Positions 10,563 to 20,336 of a stretch of 52,286 nt of DNA are shown piece after piece (positions within the stretch are counted from its first letter, which is position 1; each line of letters begins with the position of its first letter). Position numbers and translations under genes: made by a program. The notes beneath the pieces are model-generated. The model saw only the letters and a list, made by a program, of their open reading frames with translations, ran no database searches and was not told the DNA's origin. Location: the sequence record DRR723986_19395. One strand, written 5' to 3'.

Positions 10563-11192
10563 ATGAAAACCCTATTGGCATTGTGCTGCTTTGTAGCACT
10601 TTCATTTTCTGCTACCTCACAAAGCGGAGACTGGATTGAGCTATTCAATGGCGAAAATCTGGACGGCTGGAAAATATCAGAAAACTCTGAATCTTTTCAA
10701 GTGGAAGATGGAGTAATCAAAGTGGCTGGACCACGAGGTCATGCTTTCTATAATGGAGAAGTAGCAAATCATGACTTCAACAACTTTGAAGTAATTGCAG
10801 AAGTAAAGACTATGCCAGGAGCCAACTCCGGTATTTTTATCCATACCCAATACCAAGAAGATGGCTGGCCAAATGTAGGCTATGAAATCCAAGTGAATCA
10901 AAGCCATACGGACTGGAGAAAAACTGGTAGTGTGTATTCTTTCCAAGATGTAAAAGATGTCTATGTTAAAGACGGAGAGTGGTACACTGAGCATATCATC
11001 GTACAAGGAGATGTAGTAACTGTTAAAATCAACGGTGAAACAGTCAATGTATATGACCAATCCAAAGATGAAAACCGTAAAGGTGATCTAGGCACCAAAA
11101 AAGTTGATCATGGAACCATCGCACTTCAAGCACACGATCCTAAATCTGTGATTTATTATAAAAGTGTGAAAGTGAAATTGCTTCCAGACTGA
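10563..11192 (+). CDS. Secreted DUF1080 (3-keto-disaccharide hydrolase family) protein
   Basis: Signal peptide, LFNGENLDGW, ANSGIF, GYEIQV, GTIALQAH. Confidence 0.88.
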   Translation: MKTLLALCCFVALSFSATSQSGDWIELFNGENLDGWKISENSESFQVEDGVIKVAGPRGHAFYNGEVANHDFNNFEVIAEVKTMPGANSGIFIHTQYQEDGWPNVGYEIQVNQSHTDWRKTGSVYSFQDVKDVYVKDGEWYTEHIIVQGDVVTVKINGETVNVYDQSKDENRKGDLGTKKVDHGTIALQAHDPKSVIYYKSVKVKLLPD

Positions 11193-11228
11193 TCTAAAGA
11201 AATTTAAGCGGAAGCTATCTTCCAGTTT

Positions 11229-11263
11229 AAATCCTGATTATTATTGAGTAATAATCAGGATTT
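11229..11263. repeat. Perfect 15-bp inverted repeat (terminator or operator)
   Basis: AAATCCTGATTATTA-TTGAG-TAATAATCAGGATTT between the DUF1080 and DUF502 genes. Confidence 0.7.
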
Positions 11264-11276
11264 TCATTTTACCACC

Positions 11277-11831
11277 ATGGCATTTACTTACAAACGCATC
11301 ATTTCTTATTTTCTTCGGGGCTTGCTATTCATCACTCCGGTGGCAGTGACGCTTTATATAATTTTCCAAACTATCCTTTTTCTGGACAACTTGATTCCAG
11401 TACCCCTGCCGGGAATTGGTATTGTGATGGTTTTGGCATTGATCACTTTTGTAGGCTATCTGGCAAGTCTATTCTTTGCTCAACCTATTTTTGATTGGTT
11501 TGAGAGAGGCCTGATCAAGATCCCTTTGGTGAATTTGATCTACACCAGTATCAAAGATTTGATGGGAGCTTTTGTGGGTGATAAAAAGAAGTTTTCTTCA
11601 CCTGTCAAAGTGCAGCTGAGTGATACGCTTATCCGTTTGGGTTTCATAACCCAGGAAGATATGTCCATCGTGGGTGAGCCTGATATGGTGTCTGTTTATT
11701 TCCCGCATAGCTACAATGTTTCTGGAAATGTATTCTTGGTACCAAAAGATAAGGTGACTCCGCTAATAGGCGTGAAAAGCTCTGATGTGATGAAGTTTAT
11801 GGTAAGTGGGGGAGTTTCGCCATTAATTTAA
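11277..11831 (+). CDS. DUF502 family membrane protein
   Basis: FLRGLL..PV..T, KIPLVNLIYTSIKDL, VYFPHSYNVSG and VSGG pattern. Confidence 0.85.
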   Translation: MAFTYKRIISYFLRGLLFITPVAVTLYIIFQTILFLDNLIPVPLPGIGIVMVLALITFVGYLASLFFAQPIFDWFERGLIKIPLVNLIYTSIKDLMGAFVGDKKKFSSPVKVQLSDTLIRLGFITQEDMSIVGEPDMVSVYFPHSYNVSGNVFLVPKDKVTPLIGVKSSDVMKFMVSGGVSPLI

Positions 11832-11882
11832 TAATCAGAGGAGCTAAGATAAGAGCCTGTGGTTTCCAAAGGCTCTAATGTC

Positions 11883-12926
11883 CTACTGCAAAACTTCCAC
11901 CACTTGCTCATTTCTTTCTGTGAATCTGCCAATCTCCCAGATCACCTGATTTTGGAGCTTCATTGCTTCTTCAAACCAATCCTTATTATCTGGATCTACA
12001 GCAACCATTAATCCGCCGCTAGTTTGTGGGTCGCAAAGTTTGACCAAGTCCATTCCGACTACTCCTTTTGTTTTGGCGCTGTATGCATTCCAATTACGGT
12101 AGGTATTATCAGGGAAAATAAACTGATTGATGTATTCCTGTACCCCAACTATCATTGGGAGTTTATGGAGATCTATTTCAGCTGAAAGGCCTGATCCCTC
12201 ACACATTTCTATCAGATGCCCAAGCAATCCGAATCCTGTGACGTCCGTCATGGCATGGACCTCCTCATGATTTCCAATGATTTCACCAATAGAATTCAAT
12301 CTACAAGCGGTATCAAGTAAGCTCAGGTAATCTTTATCAGATATCTTCTGACGCTTAAGCGCTGTAGCCAATACGCCTACTCCCAGCGGTTTCGTGAGGT
12401 AAATGATATCGCCAATTTTAGCTCCTTGGTTCTTTTTGATTTTATGCGGATGAACAATTCCGTTCACTGAAAGACCAAAAATCGGATCCTTAGCAGCAAT
12501 GGAATGCCCGCCTGCCAATTCAATTCCAGCAGATTTGCAAATAGATTTTGCTCCTTCCATCACTTTAGCTGCAAGTTCAGGAGCAAGTTTTTCCACCGGC
12601 CAACTTAGAATGGCATTCGCGAAAATTGGCTTACCACCCATGGCGTAGACATCTGAAAGTGCATTTGCAGCAGCTATTCTACCAAAGTCAAGAGGATCAT
12701 CTACGATAGGCGTGAAAAAGTCAACCGTATTGATCACCGCCAAATCTTCCGAAACCTGGTAAACGGCAGCATCATCCTTTCCTGAATTTCCTACCAATAA
12801 ATTAGGGTCAGATTGCGTGAAGGAGCCACTTGAACTTAAGATTTGGTCTAAAATGGCCGGTGCGATTTTACAACCACAGCCTGAGCCTTCACTCCATTCA
12901 GTTAGTCGGGTTGGTGTATTTTCCAT
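11883..12926 (-). CDS. selD: Selenide, water dikinase (Cys-type)
   Basis: GSGCGCKI, DDAAVY, TVDFFTPIVDDP, NALSDVYAMGG, TDVTGFGLLGH, DPQTSGGL. Confidence 0.95.
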   Translation of the reverse strand: MENTPTRLTEWSEGSGCGCKIAPAILDQILSSSGSFTQSDPNLLVGNSGKDDAAVYQVSEDLAVINTVDFFTPIVDDPLDFGRIAAANALSDVYAMGGKPIFANAILSWPVEKLAPELAAKVMEGAKSICKSAGIELAGGHSIAAKDPIFGLSVNGIVHPHKIKKNQGAKIGDIIYLTKPLGVGVLATALKRQKISDKDYLSLLDTACRLNSIGEIIGNHEEVHAMTDVTGFGLLGHLIEMCEGSGLSAEIDLHKLPMIVGVQEYINQFIFPDNTYRNWNAYSAKTKGVVGMDLVKLCDPQTSGGLMVAVDPDNKDWFEEAMKLQNQVIWEIGRFTERNEQVVEVLQ

Positions 12927-13953
12927 GAAATTGGGATTTTGCTTCAAGTAGGTTTTTGGTGGATGTGTCCTCGTCGATTCCTGACAGGTCTAATTGGATC
13001 GTTTTTCCATCAGCGTGTTTATCAAGATCAAAATTGTAAGCCTTGTCATAATAGATCAGCATATTTGCGATCCAAGCTTCATGATTTCCATCTACAATTG
13101 CTTGTATTGCTTCTGAAGTCCGTAAACCACCAAGTCGTTTTTTGATTCGTAGGACAGCGAGAATCAACTCGTCCTGAGGTAAACTTCCGTATTCTTCTAC
13201 GATCAAATTGATTCGTTCTTGATCAGTCTTATAAATATCGATCAGGGGTGATGCTAGCATTTGGTGGTAGAAATTGTCCGGGAGAATCAATCTTCCGATT
13301 TTCCGGCTTTCATTTTCCACCCAACTTGGTTTCTTAGGGTCAAGCTTTTGTAAAGTTTCAGCAAATATGTTCTCAAATTGCTCCACCGTGGGCTGAGCAG
13401 GTTGGCCTATAGCACCAAATGAGGATCCTTTATGGTTAGCGAGCCCTTCCAAATCGATAATTTGCTCTCCAGATTCCTGAAGTTTTTTAAGTAGTCGAGT
13501 TTTGCCAGTTCCTGTTTTTCCTCCCAAAACAATCAGGTTCCAGTCTTTTCTGACCATATCAAAACTGAACGTTCTATAAGTTTTATAACCACCTCTTAAG
13601 CGGAAAATCTCAAAACCTATCATACTTAATAGCCATGCAAGAATATGACTTCTCATCCCTCCGCGCCAACAGTAGATTATAACTTTTTTCTCAGGAAAGC
13701 GCTTTAGAACGTCTTTTAGGATTAAATGAAACCTAGGCCCAACTAATTCAAATCCTTTGATAGTGGCTTCTTCGGGGCCTCGTTCTTTGTAAAGCGTGCC
13801 GACTTGAATTCGCTCAGTATTATTCAGGATTGGGATGTTGATAGAGCCGGGGATGTGGCTTTGATCGAATTCTTTTTCGCTACGGGCATCGATCACTGGA
13901 ATCTGATCTCTCAAACTCCAAAACTCATCTAAAGAAATTAATTGCTCCGCCAT
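12898..13953 (-). CDS. mnmH: tRNA 2-selenouridine synthase (rhodanese + P-loop)
   Basis: IDARSEKEF, YCWRGGMRS, GGYKTYR, GKTGTGKT, DLEGLANHKGSSFG; overlaps selD. Confidence 0.93.
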   Translation of the reverse strand: MAEQLISLDEFWSLRDQIPVIDARSEKEFDQSHIPGSINIPILNNTERIQVGTLYKERGPEEATIKGFELVGPRFHLILKDVLKRFPEKKVIIYCWRGGMRSHILAWLLSMIGFEIFRLRGGYKTYRTFSFDMVRKDWNLIVLGGKTGTGKTRLLKKLQESGEQIIDLEGLANHKGSSFGAIGQPAQPTVEQFENIFAETLQKLDPKKPSWVENESRKIGRLILPDNFYHQMLASPLIDIYKTDQERINLIVEEYGSLPQDELILAVLRIKKRLGGLRTSEAIQAIVDGNHEAWIANMLIYYDKAYNFDLDKHADGKTIQLDLSGIDEDTSTKNLLEAKSQFHGKYTNPTN

Positions 13954-13966
13954 AAAGTTTGAAGAT

Positions 13967-13996
13967 AAAAAAAGCCGCAAGGAATTCCTTGCGGCT
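13967..13996 (-). terminator. Intrinsic terminator after trxA
   Basis: Minus strand AGCCGCAAGG-AATT-CCTTGCGGCT followed by a T run. Confidence 0.85.
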
Positions 13997-14019
13997 CTGA
14001 CTGTAATATAGTCAACTAA

Positions 14020-14340
14020 TTAAAGTTGAGCATCTAGTTTTTGAGATAAAACAGATTTTGGAACTGCTCCAACCTGCTTGTCTACGATTTCTCCACCTTT
14101 GAAGAATAGGAGTGTTGGGATAGATCTGATTCCGAACGCTTGAGCTACACCTGGATTTGCATCCACGTCTACTTTACCTACGACAGCTTTGCCATCATAA
14201 TCTCCAGCTAGTTCTTCCACCACTGGACCGATCATTTTACAAGGTCCGCACCACTCAGCCCAAAAATCCACTAGGATTGGCTGCTCAGATTTGATGATTT
14301 CTTCAAAGTTTGCGTCAGTAATTTCTATTGCTTTTGACAT
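14020..14340 (-). CDS. trxA: Thioredoxin
   Basis: VDFWAEWCGPCK, IRSIPTLL. Confidence 0.97.
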   Translation of the reverse strand: MSKAIEITDANFEEIIKSEQPILVDFWAEWCGPCKMIGPVVEELAGDYDGKAVVGKVDVDANPGVAQAFGIRSIPTLLFFKGGEIVDKQVGAVPKSVLSQKLDAQL

Positions 14341-14369
14341 TGTATGTTTGGTTTTTGATTTCTAAATTT

Positions 14370-14377
14370 CAAATATA
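14370..14377 (-). promoter_or_regulatory. -7 promoter box (TATATTTG) for trxA
   Basis: Consensus match on the minus strand ~30 nt upstream of the ATG. Confidence 0.55.
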
Positions 14378-14538
14378 TGTGCAAAAGCCAATAGCGTATT
14401 AATAAGTTCCGAGGGAGTTGATTTTTTTGTCAATGAATGATTGACAAAAACGATGATATTAATGGTTTTAATTTCTTTCCTATATCTAATTGAGAACAGT
14501 TTTGAATTGAAATCACTGAGGTAAACCTTAATGTGAAT

Positions 14539-14566
14539 ACCCGACATCGGTCTCCATACATCGGTC
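14539..14566 (-). repeat. Four tandem degenerate heptamers (GACCGAT GTATGGA GACCGAT GTCGGGT)
   Basis: Starts 8 nt after the dnaE stop. Confidence 0.6.
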
Positions 14567-14573
14567 TTACTTT

Positions 14574-17500
14574 TTAAACCACCTTATACATCACCTCAGG
14601 AATTTGTTTCAGCTCATTGATCATTTCTGCACATGGATCGATAGAAAATCTCTTTGAAAATAGCTCTAACGCTAAATTTTCTTTCCGATCAACCACATCA
14701 AAATACAACTTGGCATCACCTTTATATTTCTCAGTAATTGCTTCTAGTTTTTCCATAAGATCCAACGTCAAATCGTCCAAGTCAATATTTACCCGAAGGC
14801 CTTTGACCATTTTACCGCGGATCTCGTCTAGCAAAGTAATGTTACCAATCTTAAATTCTAGTTCATTTTCGGCCCATCGTTTACCAGCAACAGTTCCGCT
14901 GATAAACAAGAACCAGCCAGGCATAAAGTACTCTTTGAATCTCACGTAATCATCTCCAAATAGGAAAAACGTAAAGGCCCCTTGATAATCTTCCAATGTC
15001 AGCGTTCCGAAAGGCTTTCCGTTTTTGGTAGTTCGATGTGCAAAAGTCGAAACCGATCCAGCCAATTTGATGTCTGTTCGATTTCTCAAACTTTCCAAGT
15101 CATTCAAATCAGGCAAAGAAGCATTAGTGAACGACTCAATTTCCAATCTAAATTGGTCTAGTGGATGACCGGAGATATATAGACCTACCACTTCTTTTTC
15201 GATGTTTAATTGCTGCAATTGAGTGAAAGGCTCCATCGGTGCAATAGTAGGAAGCGGTACTTCCATATTTCCTGCACCTCCGCCGAAAAGACTTACCTGA
15301 TTGCTTTCTTCTTCCTGCTGCACTTTTTGAGCATACTTTGTCGCTTTCTCGATCAAATTCAAATCTCCATCTGCAGCTTCTAAATATTGTCTTCTATGAT
15401 GCTGTGGAAAACAATCAAACCCACCGGCCATCGCCAAAGCTTCCATGGTTTTCTTATTCAAAGCCTTGGAACTTACCCGCTTTGCAAAGTCAAAGATGTT
15501 TTTATAAGGGCCATTCTTCTCCCGTTCTTCAATAATCGCATCAACTGCTGCGGAGCCCGCTCCTTTAATTGCAGCCATGCCAAACCGGATTTCTCCAGCC
15601 TGGTTTACGGTAAATCCATTTTTGGATTCATTCACATCCGGCCCTAAAACTGGGATTCCGGCACGCTTACATTCCTCCATGAAAAACGTCACCTGAGTGA
15701 TGTCGTTCATGTTATTACTCAGTACGGAAGCAAGATATTCCGCTGGATAATGAGCTTTTAGATACGCCGTTTGATAAGCGATCCATGCATAGCAAGTTGA
15801 GTGGGATTTGTTAAATGCATAGGATGCAAATGCTTCCCAGTCAGTCCAAATCTTTGAAAGTTTCTTTGCATCATGACCTTTTGCAGAAGCCTGCTCGACA
15901 AACTTCGGTTTCATTTTGTCGAGTACATCTTTCTGCTTTTTACCCATCGCCTTACGCAAAACATCCGCCTCACCTTTAGTGAATCCAGCAAGTTTTTGGG
16001 ACAAAAGCATCACTTGTTCTTGGTAAACTGTAATTCCGTATGTTTCCTCCAAGTATTCCTGCATGTCGTCCAGATCATATTCGATCGCTTCAGTTCCATG
16101 CTTTCTTTTAATAAAAGAAGGGATATATGCCAAAGGCCCCGGTCTATACAAGGCATTCATAGCAATCAAATCTGCAAAAACCGTAGGCTTTAGCTCGCGC
16201 ATGTATTTCTGCATTCCGGCAGATTCATACTGGAAAATGCCGACGGTTTCACCACGTTGGAAAAGCTCGTAGGTTTTAGCATCGTCAATTGGGAAATGGT
16301 CCGCATCCAACTCGATTCCGTGACGTTCTTTTACAATCCGAACGGCGGTTTTAATCAGTGTCAGCGTTTTTAGACCCAAAAAGTCCATCTTCAACAGTCC
16401 TGCAGATTCCACTACGGAGTTATCAAACTGCGTACAAACCATGTCAGAATCCTTCGCTAGTGCTACCGGTACATAATTCGTAATATCTGCGGGCGTAATG
16501 ATGACACCACAGGCATGGATTCCAAGGTTTCGAACAGAGCCTTCCAGCATAGTTGCCTGATTGATCGTTTTCGCAGAATCATCCTGTCCTTTGGAAATCC
16601 GGATCAATTCGTCTGCTTTGGCGATCATTTCACCTTGCCCTTTTAGCTTATCAGAAAGTGCAGCCCGATTTCCTGCTAAGCCAAATAACGCTTTTAGCTT
16701 GATATCTGGTACCAAACCGGCAAGTCTTCCAGCTTCAGGAAGAGGTAAATTTAAAACTCGTGCTGTATCACGGATGGCGGACTTAGCTGCCATGGTGCCA
16801 TAGGTGATGATTTGTGCAACTTGGTTGGAACCGTATTTTTTGATTACATAATCGATTACGGAACCCCTACCTTCATCGTCAAAGTCAATATCAATATCGG
16901 GAAGTGAGACTCGATCTGGATTTAGGAATCTCTCAAATAGTAGATTGTATGCGATTGGGTCAATGTTAGTGATGCCTGTGCAATAAGCAACGGCTGAACC
17001 TGCAGCAGATCCACGACCTGGGCCTACAGACACCCCCATTTTTCTAGCCTCCACAATGAAATCCTGAACAATCAGGAAATATCCGGGATAACCTGTATTC
17101 TCAATAGTTGCCAATTCAAAATCCAAGCGTTCTGTTATCTCCGGAGTGATTTCCGCATACCGTTTTTTTGCACCTTCGTAGGTAAGATGTCTTAAAAAAG
17201 CATTTTCTCCACGTTTTCCTCCATCGACTTCGTCCTCTGGATGTTTGAATTCATCAGGAATCTCAAAAGCAGGAAGAAGTACTTCTCTGGCTAATTTATA
17301 GGTCTCGATTTTCTCGGTAATCTCATTGGTACATTCGATGGCTTCAGGCAAATCCGCGAAGAGCTTTTTCATCTCATCGGGAGTTTTGATGTAGAATTCA
17401 TCATTTGGGAAGCCATAGCGGAATTCTCTTCCTCGCTTTCCAATGTATTTTTTTGGCTTGTCGTAAAGCTCACCGTCTTTCACACAAAGCAATACATCAT

Positions 17501-18860
17501 GCGCTTTTGCATCAGTTTTCTCACTGTAATAGGAATTGTTTGCTGCAAAATATTTCACATCATATTTCTTGGCAAACTCCAAGAGCACTTCATTCACTTT
17601 CTCCTCTTCTGGTATTCCATGTCGATTGAGCTCCACATAGAAGTCTTCTCCAAACTGCTCTTTCCACCAGACGAAAGCTTCCTCTGCTTGTGTTTCTCCG
17701 ACATTCAAAATCAAAAAAGGAATCTCTCCCCATAGCCCGCCGGTGGTTGCAATGAGGTCTCCTTTGTATTGAACCAAGAGCTCTTTGTCTATTCTAGGTA
17801 GATAGTAAAAGCCTTCGATGTTGGCATAAGAAGCTAGTTTTGCCAGGTTATGATAGCCAGCTTTATTTTTTGCCAAGAGGACAGTTTGATAACCATCATC
17901 CTTATTGGATTTGTTTTTTCTGTCTCGACACAGGTTGAATTCGCAACCTAAAATTGGTTTAATGTCTTTGCCTAACGCTTCTTTTACAAAGTGGAAAGCA
18001 CCCATCATATTTCCGTGATCAGTCAATGCGATGGCTGGCATTCCGAGCTCCTTTGCACGAGCAATCATGGCCGGAATCTCAGAAGTCGCTTGCAACACAG
18101 AATACTGACTGTGCACGTGCAGGTGAGTGAATGGAATGTCAGTTAAATCTGAAATGTCAGCTTTACCTGCTTGCTTTAGCACATCTTTGGCGGCCGCTTT
18201 CTGTGCATCTTTTGCTTGCGCAAAGTTTGCTTCTTCTAGCTTTGGAGCTTCGTAGATTACTTCAGCGATGGTAACTCCAGCTTCGGGAGCTTGGACGCCT
18301 TGATTAATCAACCCAAAGAAACAGCGTGCAGTAGCATCAACATCATAAGCTGCATCGTGCGCATCACCGAAGCCTTTCCCGAAAAGCTTTTGATGAAGTT
18401 CAGTAAGTGTTGGCCACTTGTATTTGCCACCTCTACCGCCAGGAAGTGCACAGAAATCAGTTGATATGTCCTTGGTGTCCAGTTGTTGTGCCGTCAGAGG
18501 CATGGTGGCTTCTGCGCGGTAATATTCCGAACCGGTTACATTGACATCAAACTCAACATTGTGTCCAACCAAATATTTGGCTTGCTTCACATCACCTTCA
18601 AAAATCCCAAGGATTTGCTTCAGGTCATGACCCTCTGCTAAGGCGCGCTTGGTGGAAATTCCATGGACTTTTTCCGCATTGTAAGGAATGGTAAATCCTT
18701 CCGGTCGGATAATGTAATTGTGATTCGAAATCAGATTTCCCTTAGCATCATGCAGTTGCCAAGCGAGCTGGACAAGGCGTGGCCAGTTGTCCACATCCGA
18801 CATGGGAGCATTGTAATCGCGAGGAAGACCGGTGGTTTCGGTGTCAAAAATTAAATACAT
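14574..18860 (-). CDS. dnaE: DNA polymerase III alpha subunit with N-terminal DEDDh 3'-5' exonuclease domain
   Basis: FDTETTG...HDAAYD exonuclease; HLHVHSQYS PHP domain; GPGRGSAAGS; PDIDIDF; YAFNKSHS. Confidence 0.96.
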   Translation of the reverse strand: MYLIFDTETTGLPRDYNAPMSDVDNWPRLVQLAWQLHDAKGNLISNHNYIIRPEGFTIPYNAEKVHGISTKRALAEGHDLKQILGIFEGDVKQAKYLVGHNVEFDVNVTGSEYYRAEATMPLTAQQLDTKDISTDFCALPGGRGGKYKWPTLTELHQKLFGKGFGDAHDAAYDVDATARCFFGLINQGVQAPEAGVTIAEVIYEAPKLEEANFAQAKDAQKAAAKDVLKQAGKADISDLTDIPFTHLHVHSQYSVLQATSEIPAMIARAKELGMPAIALTDHGNMMGAFHFVKEALGKDIKPILGCEFNLCRDRKNKSNKDDGYQTVLLAKNKAGYHNLAKLASYANIEGFYYLPRIDKELLVQYKGDLIATTGGLWGEIPFLILNVGETQAEEAFVWWKEQFGEDFYVELNRHGIPEEEKVNEVLLEFAKKYDVKYFAANNSYYSEKTDAKAHDVLLCVKDGELYDKPKKYIGKRGREFRYGFPNDEFYIKTPDEMKKLFADLPEAIECTNEITEKIETYKLAREVLLPAFEIPDEFKHPEDEVDGGKRGENAFLRHLTYEGAKKRYAEITPEITERLDFELATIENTGYPGYFLIVQDFIVEARKMGVSVGPGRGSAAGSAVAYCTGITNIDPIAYNLLFERFLNPDRVSLPDIDIDFDDEGRGSVIDYVIKKYGSNQVAQIITYGTMAAKSAIRDTARVLNLPLPEAGRLAGLVPDIKLKALFGLAGNRAALSDKLKGQGEMIAKADELIRISKGQDDSAKTINQATMLEGSVRNLGIHACGVIITPADITNYVPVALAKDSDMVCTQFDNSVVESAGLLKMDFLGLKTLTLIKTAVRIVKERHGIELDADHFPIDDAKTYELFQRGETVGIFQYESAGMQKYMRELKPTVFADLIAMNALYRPGPLAYIPSFIKRKHGTEAIEYDLDDMQEYLEETYGITVYQEQVMLLSQKLAGFTKGEADVLRKAMGKKQKDVLDKMKPKFVEQASAKGHDAKKLSKIWTDWEAFASYAFNKSHSTCYAWIAYQTAYLKAHYPAEYLASVLSNNMNDITQVTFFMEECKRAGIPVLGPDVNESKNGFTVNQAGEIRFGMAAIKGAGSAAVDAIIEEREKNGPYKNIFDFAKRVSSKALNKKTMEALAMAGGFDCFPQHHRRQYLEAADGDLNLIEKATKYAQKVQQEEESNQVSLFGGGAGNMEVPLPTIAPMEPFTQLQQLNIEKEVVGLYISGHPLDQFRLEIESFTNASLPDLNDLESLRNRTDIKLAGSVSTFAHRTTKNGKPFGTLTLEDYQGAFTFFLFGDDYVRFKEYFMPGWFLFISGTVAGKRWAENELEFKIGNITLLDEIRGKMVKGLRVNIDLDDLTLDLMEKLEAITEKYKGDAKLYFDVVDRKENLALELFSKRFSIDPCAEMINELKQIPEVMYKVV

Positions 18861-19080
18861 ACAGCTTGGGTAATTGAGCCTTCAAATTAGGGCTAATCTC
18901 TGAAAGGAGGCAAGCGTACTGGAGGTAATTGTCGGAGAATTAAAAAAAAATATGTACTTAAATCTTAGATCTAAATAAACTATGAGATTGATAAATCACA
19001 TGATTAAAATAGCTATCGATAGATTTTTTATTTCAGATTTTTGACATCAGAATTCCGATATCAGAAATTCCAAATTCATT

Positions 19081-19725
19081 CTACCTCTTATCCTCCCAAG
19101 GCATATAAATCACCTTTTTTGTCTCAAAAAATTCTTCTTTGAAGTAGTCTTCCAAGTGATATACCACATAAGATTTACCTAGCTCCTCCATCTCCTCATC
19201 CACTTCCCCGCCTTTCAGGTAAAGAATACCGTTTGGGTATTCGTTGATATCTTCCTTACGGATTTTGTTTTTCACCCAAGGGTAAAAATTGATCATTCGG
19301 GTAACTGCTCGACTGATCACGAAGTCATATTTACGGACAAGCTGCTCCGCTCTAGCTTGCTGAGCTTCCACGTTTGTCAGCTTCAATTGTTTGACTACGT
19401 CTTTCACAACGGTAATCTTTTTCCCGATAGAATCTACCAGATGAAAATGAGTCTCAGGAAACATAATCGCCAAAGGAATTCCAGGAAATCCGCCTCCAGT
19501 ACCAATATCTAATATCTTCGTCCCAGGCTCGAAAGGCATCACTTTCACTATTCCCAAAGAGTGGAGCACATGGTGAATGTAAAATTGCTCCATGTCCTTA
19601 CGGGAAATCACGTTGATTTTGGAATTCCAATCTTCATAAAGAGCCTGAAGCTGATCAAACTGTGAAAGTTGATATTCTGTAAGATCAGGGAAATAAGATT
19701 GGATAAGTTGGGTGCCGGAATTCAT
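19081..19725 (-). CDS. rsmG: 16S rRNA m7G527 methyltransferase
   Basis: WNSKINVISR, HVLHSL, LDIGTGGGFPGIPLAI, SRAV, YLKG. Confidence 0.95.
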   Translation of the reverse strand: MNSGTQLIQSYFPDLTEYQLSQFDQLQALYEDWNSKINVISRKDMEQFYIHHVLHSLGIVKVMPFEPGTKILDIGTGGGFPGIPLAIMFPETHFHLVDSIGKKITVVKDVVKQLKLTNVEAQQARAEQLVRKYDFVISRAVTRMINFYPWVKNKIRKEDINEYPNGILYLKGGEVDEEMEELGKSYVVYHLEDYFKEEFFETKKVIYMPWEDKR

Positions 19726-20336
19726 TAAATGTGTTTTTGTTTGCCTGCGGCAATTTCGTAAAGTAATTCTCTAGATCTATGAAGTTGTGCCTTCACAGTT
19801 CCAAGGGGTTTTTCCAATTCCTGAGCGATTTCCTCATACGAAAGCTCGTCGAAATAGCGAAGCTGTACGAGTTTGCGGTATTTTGCAGGTAATTTATCCA
19901 CGAAAATTCGAACCATCTCGATCCGTTGGGTACGAATGAATTCATCCTGAGGATTATTATCATCGTCTTCCACATCAATGGTCACGGAATTTCCTCCATC
20001 ATCAGACATCGTGGTATTCAAACTCATCGTTTTGAGCTTTTTCTTTCGAATGAAGTCAATGGTATTATTCGTTGCGATTCGAAAAAGCCAAGTAGAGAAG
20101 GTATAATCTTTCTTGAATCGATGCAGATTTTTAAATGCTTTAGCGAAAGCTTCCATCGTAAGATCTTCCGCGTCGTCAGCATCCCGGATCATTTTCAAGA
20201 TCATGTAATAAACGGCCTTTTTATAGCGCTTCATCAAGGAGGCATATGCTTGCTGATCTTTGTGATCTACAGCCTGATCAATTAACTCAAAGTCCTCGAG
20301 TGCTTTCTTAGAAAAACCGCGTTCATTTATTTCCAT
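19725..20336 (-). CDS. ECF-type RNA polymerase sigma-70 factor
   Basis: DAEDLTMEAFAKAF, FSTWLFRIATN, SYEEIAQELEKPLGTVKAQLHR. Confidence 0.93.
   Translation of the reverse strand: MEINERGFSKKALEDFELIDQAVDHKDQQAYASLMKRYKKAVYYMILKMIRDADDAEDLTMEAFAKAFKNLHRFKKDYTFSTWLFRIATNNTIDFIRKKKLKTMSLNTTMSDDGGNSVTIDVEDDDNNPQDEFIRTQRIEMVRIFVDKLPAKYRKLVQLRYFDELSYEEIAQELEKPLGTVKAQLHRSRELLYEIAAGKQKHI

Noticed and set aside
11883-12926. Selenocysteine in SelD
   Set aside because: The active-site motif is GCGCK encoded by Cys codons; no in-frame TGA.
14362-14547. 61-aa ORF between dnaE and trxA
   Set aside because: Starts inside the heptamer repeat, spans the trxA promoter and shows no family features.
14574-18860. 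Unusually long DnaE (1428 aa): intein or novel fusion?
   Set aside because: The extra length is an N-terminal DEDDh exonuclease plus linker, common in Bacteroidota DnaE; no intein motifs seen.
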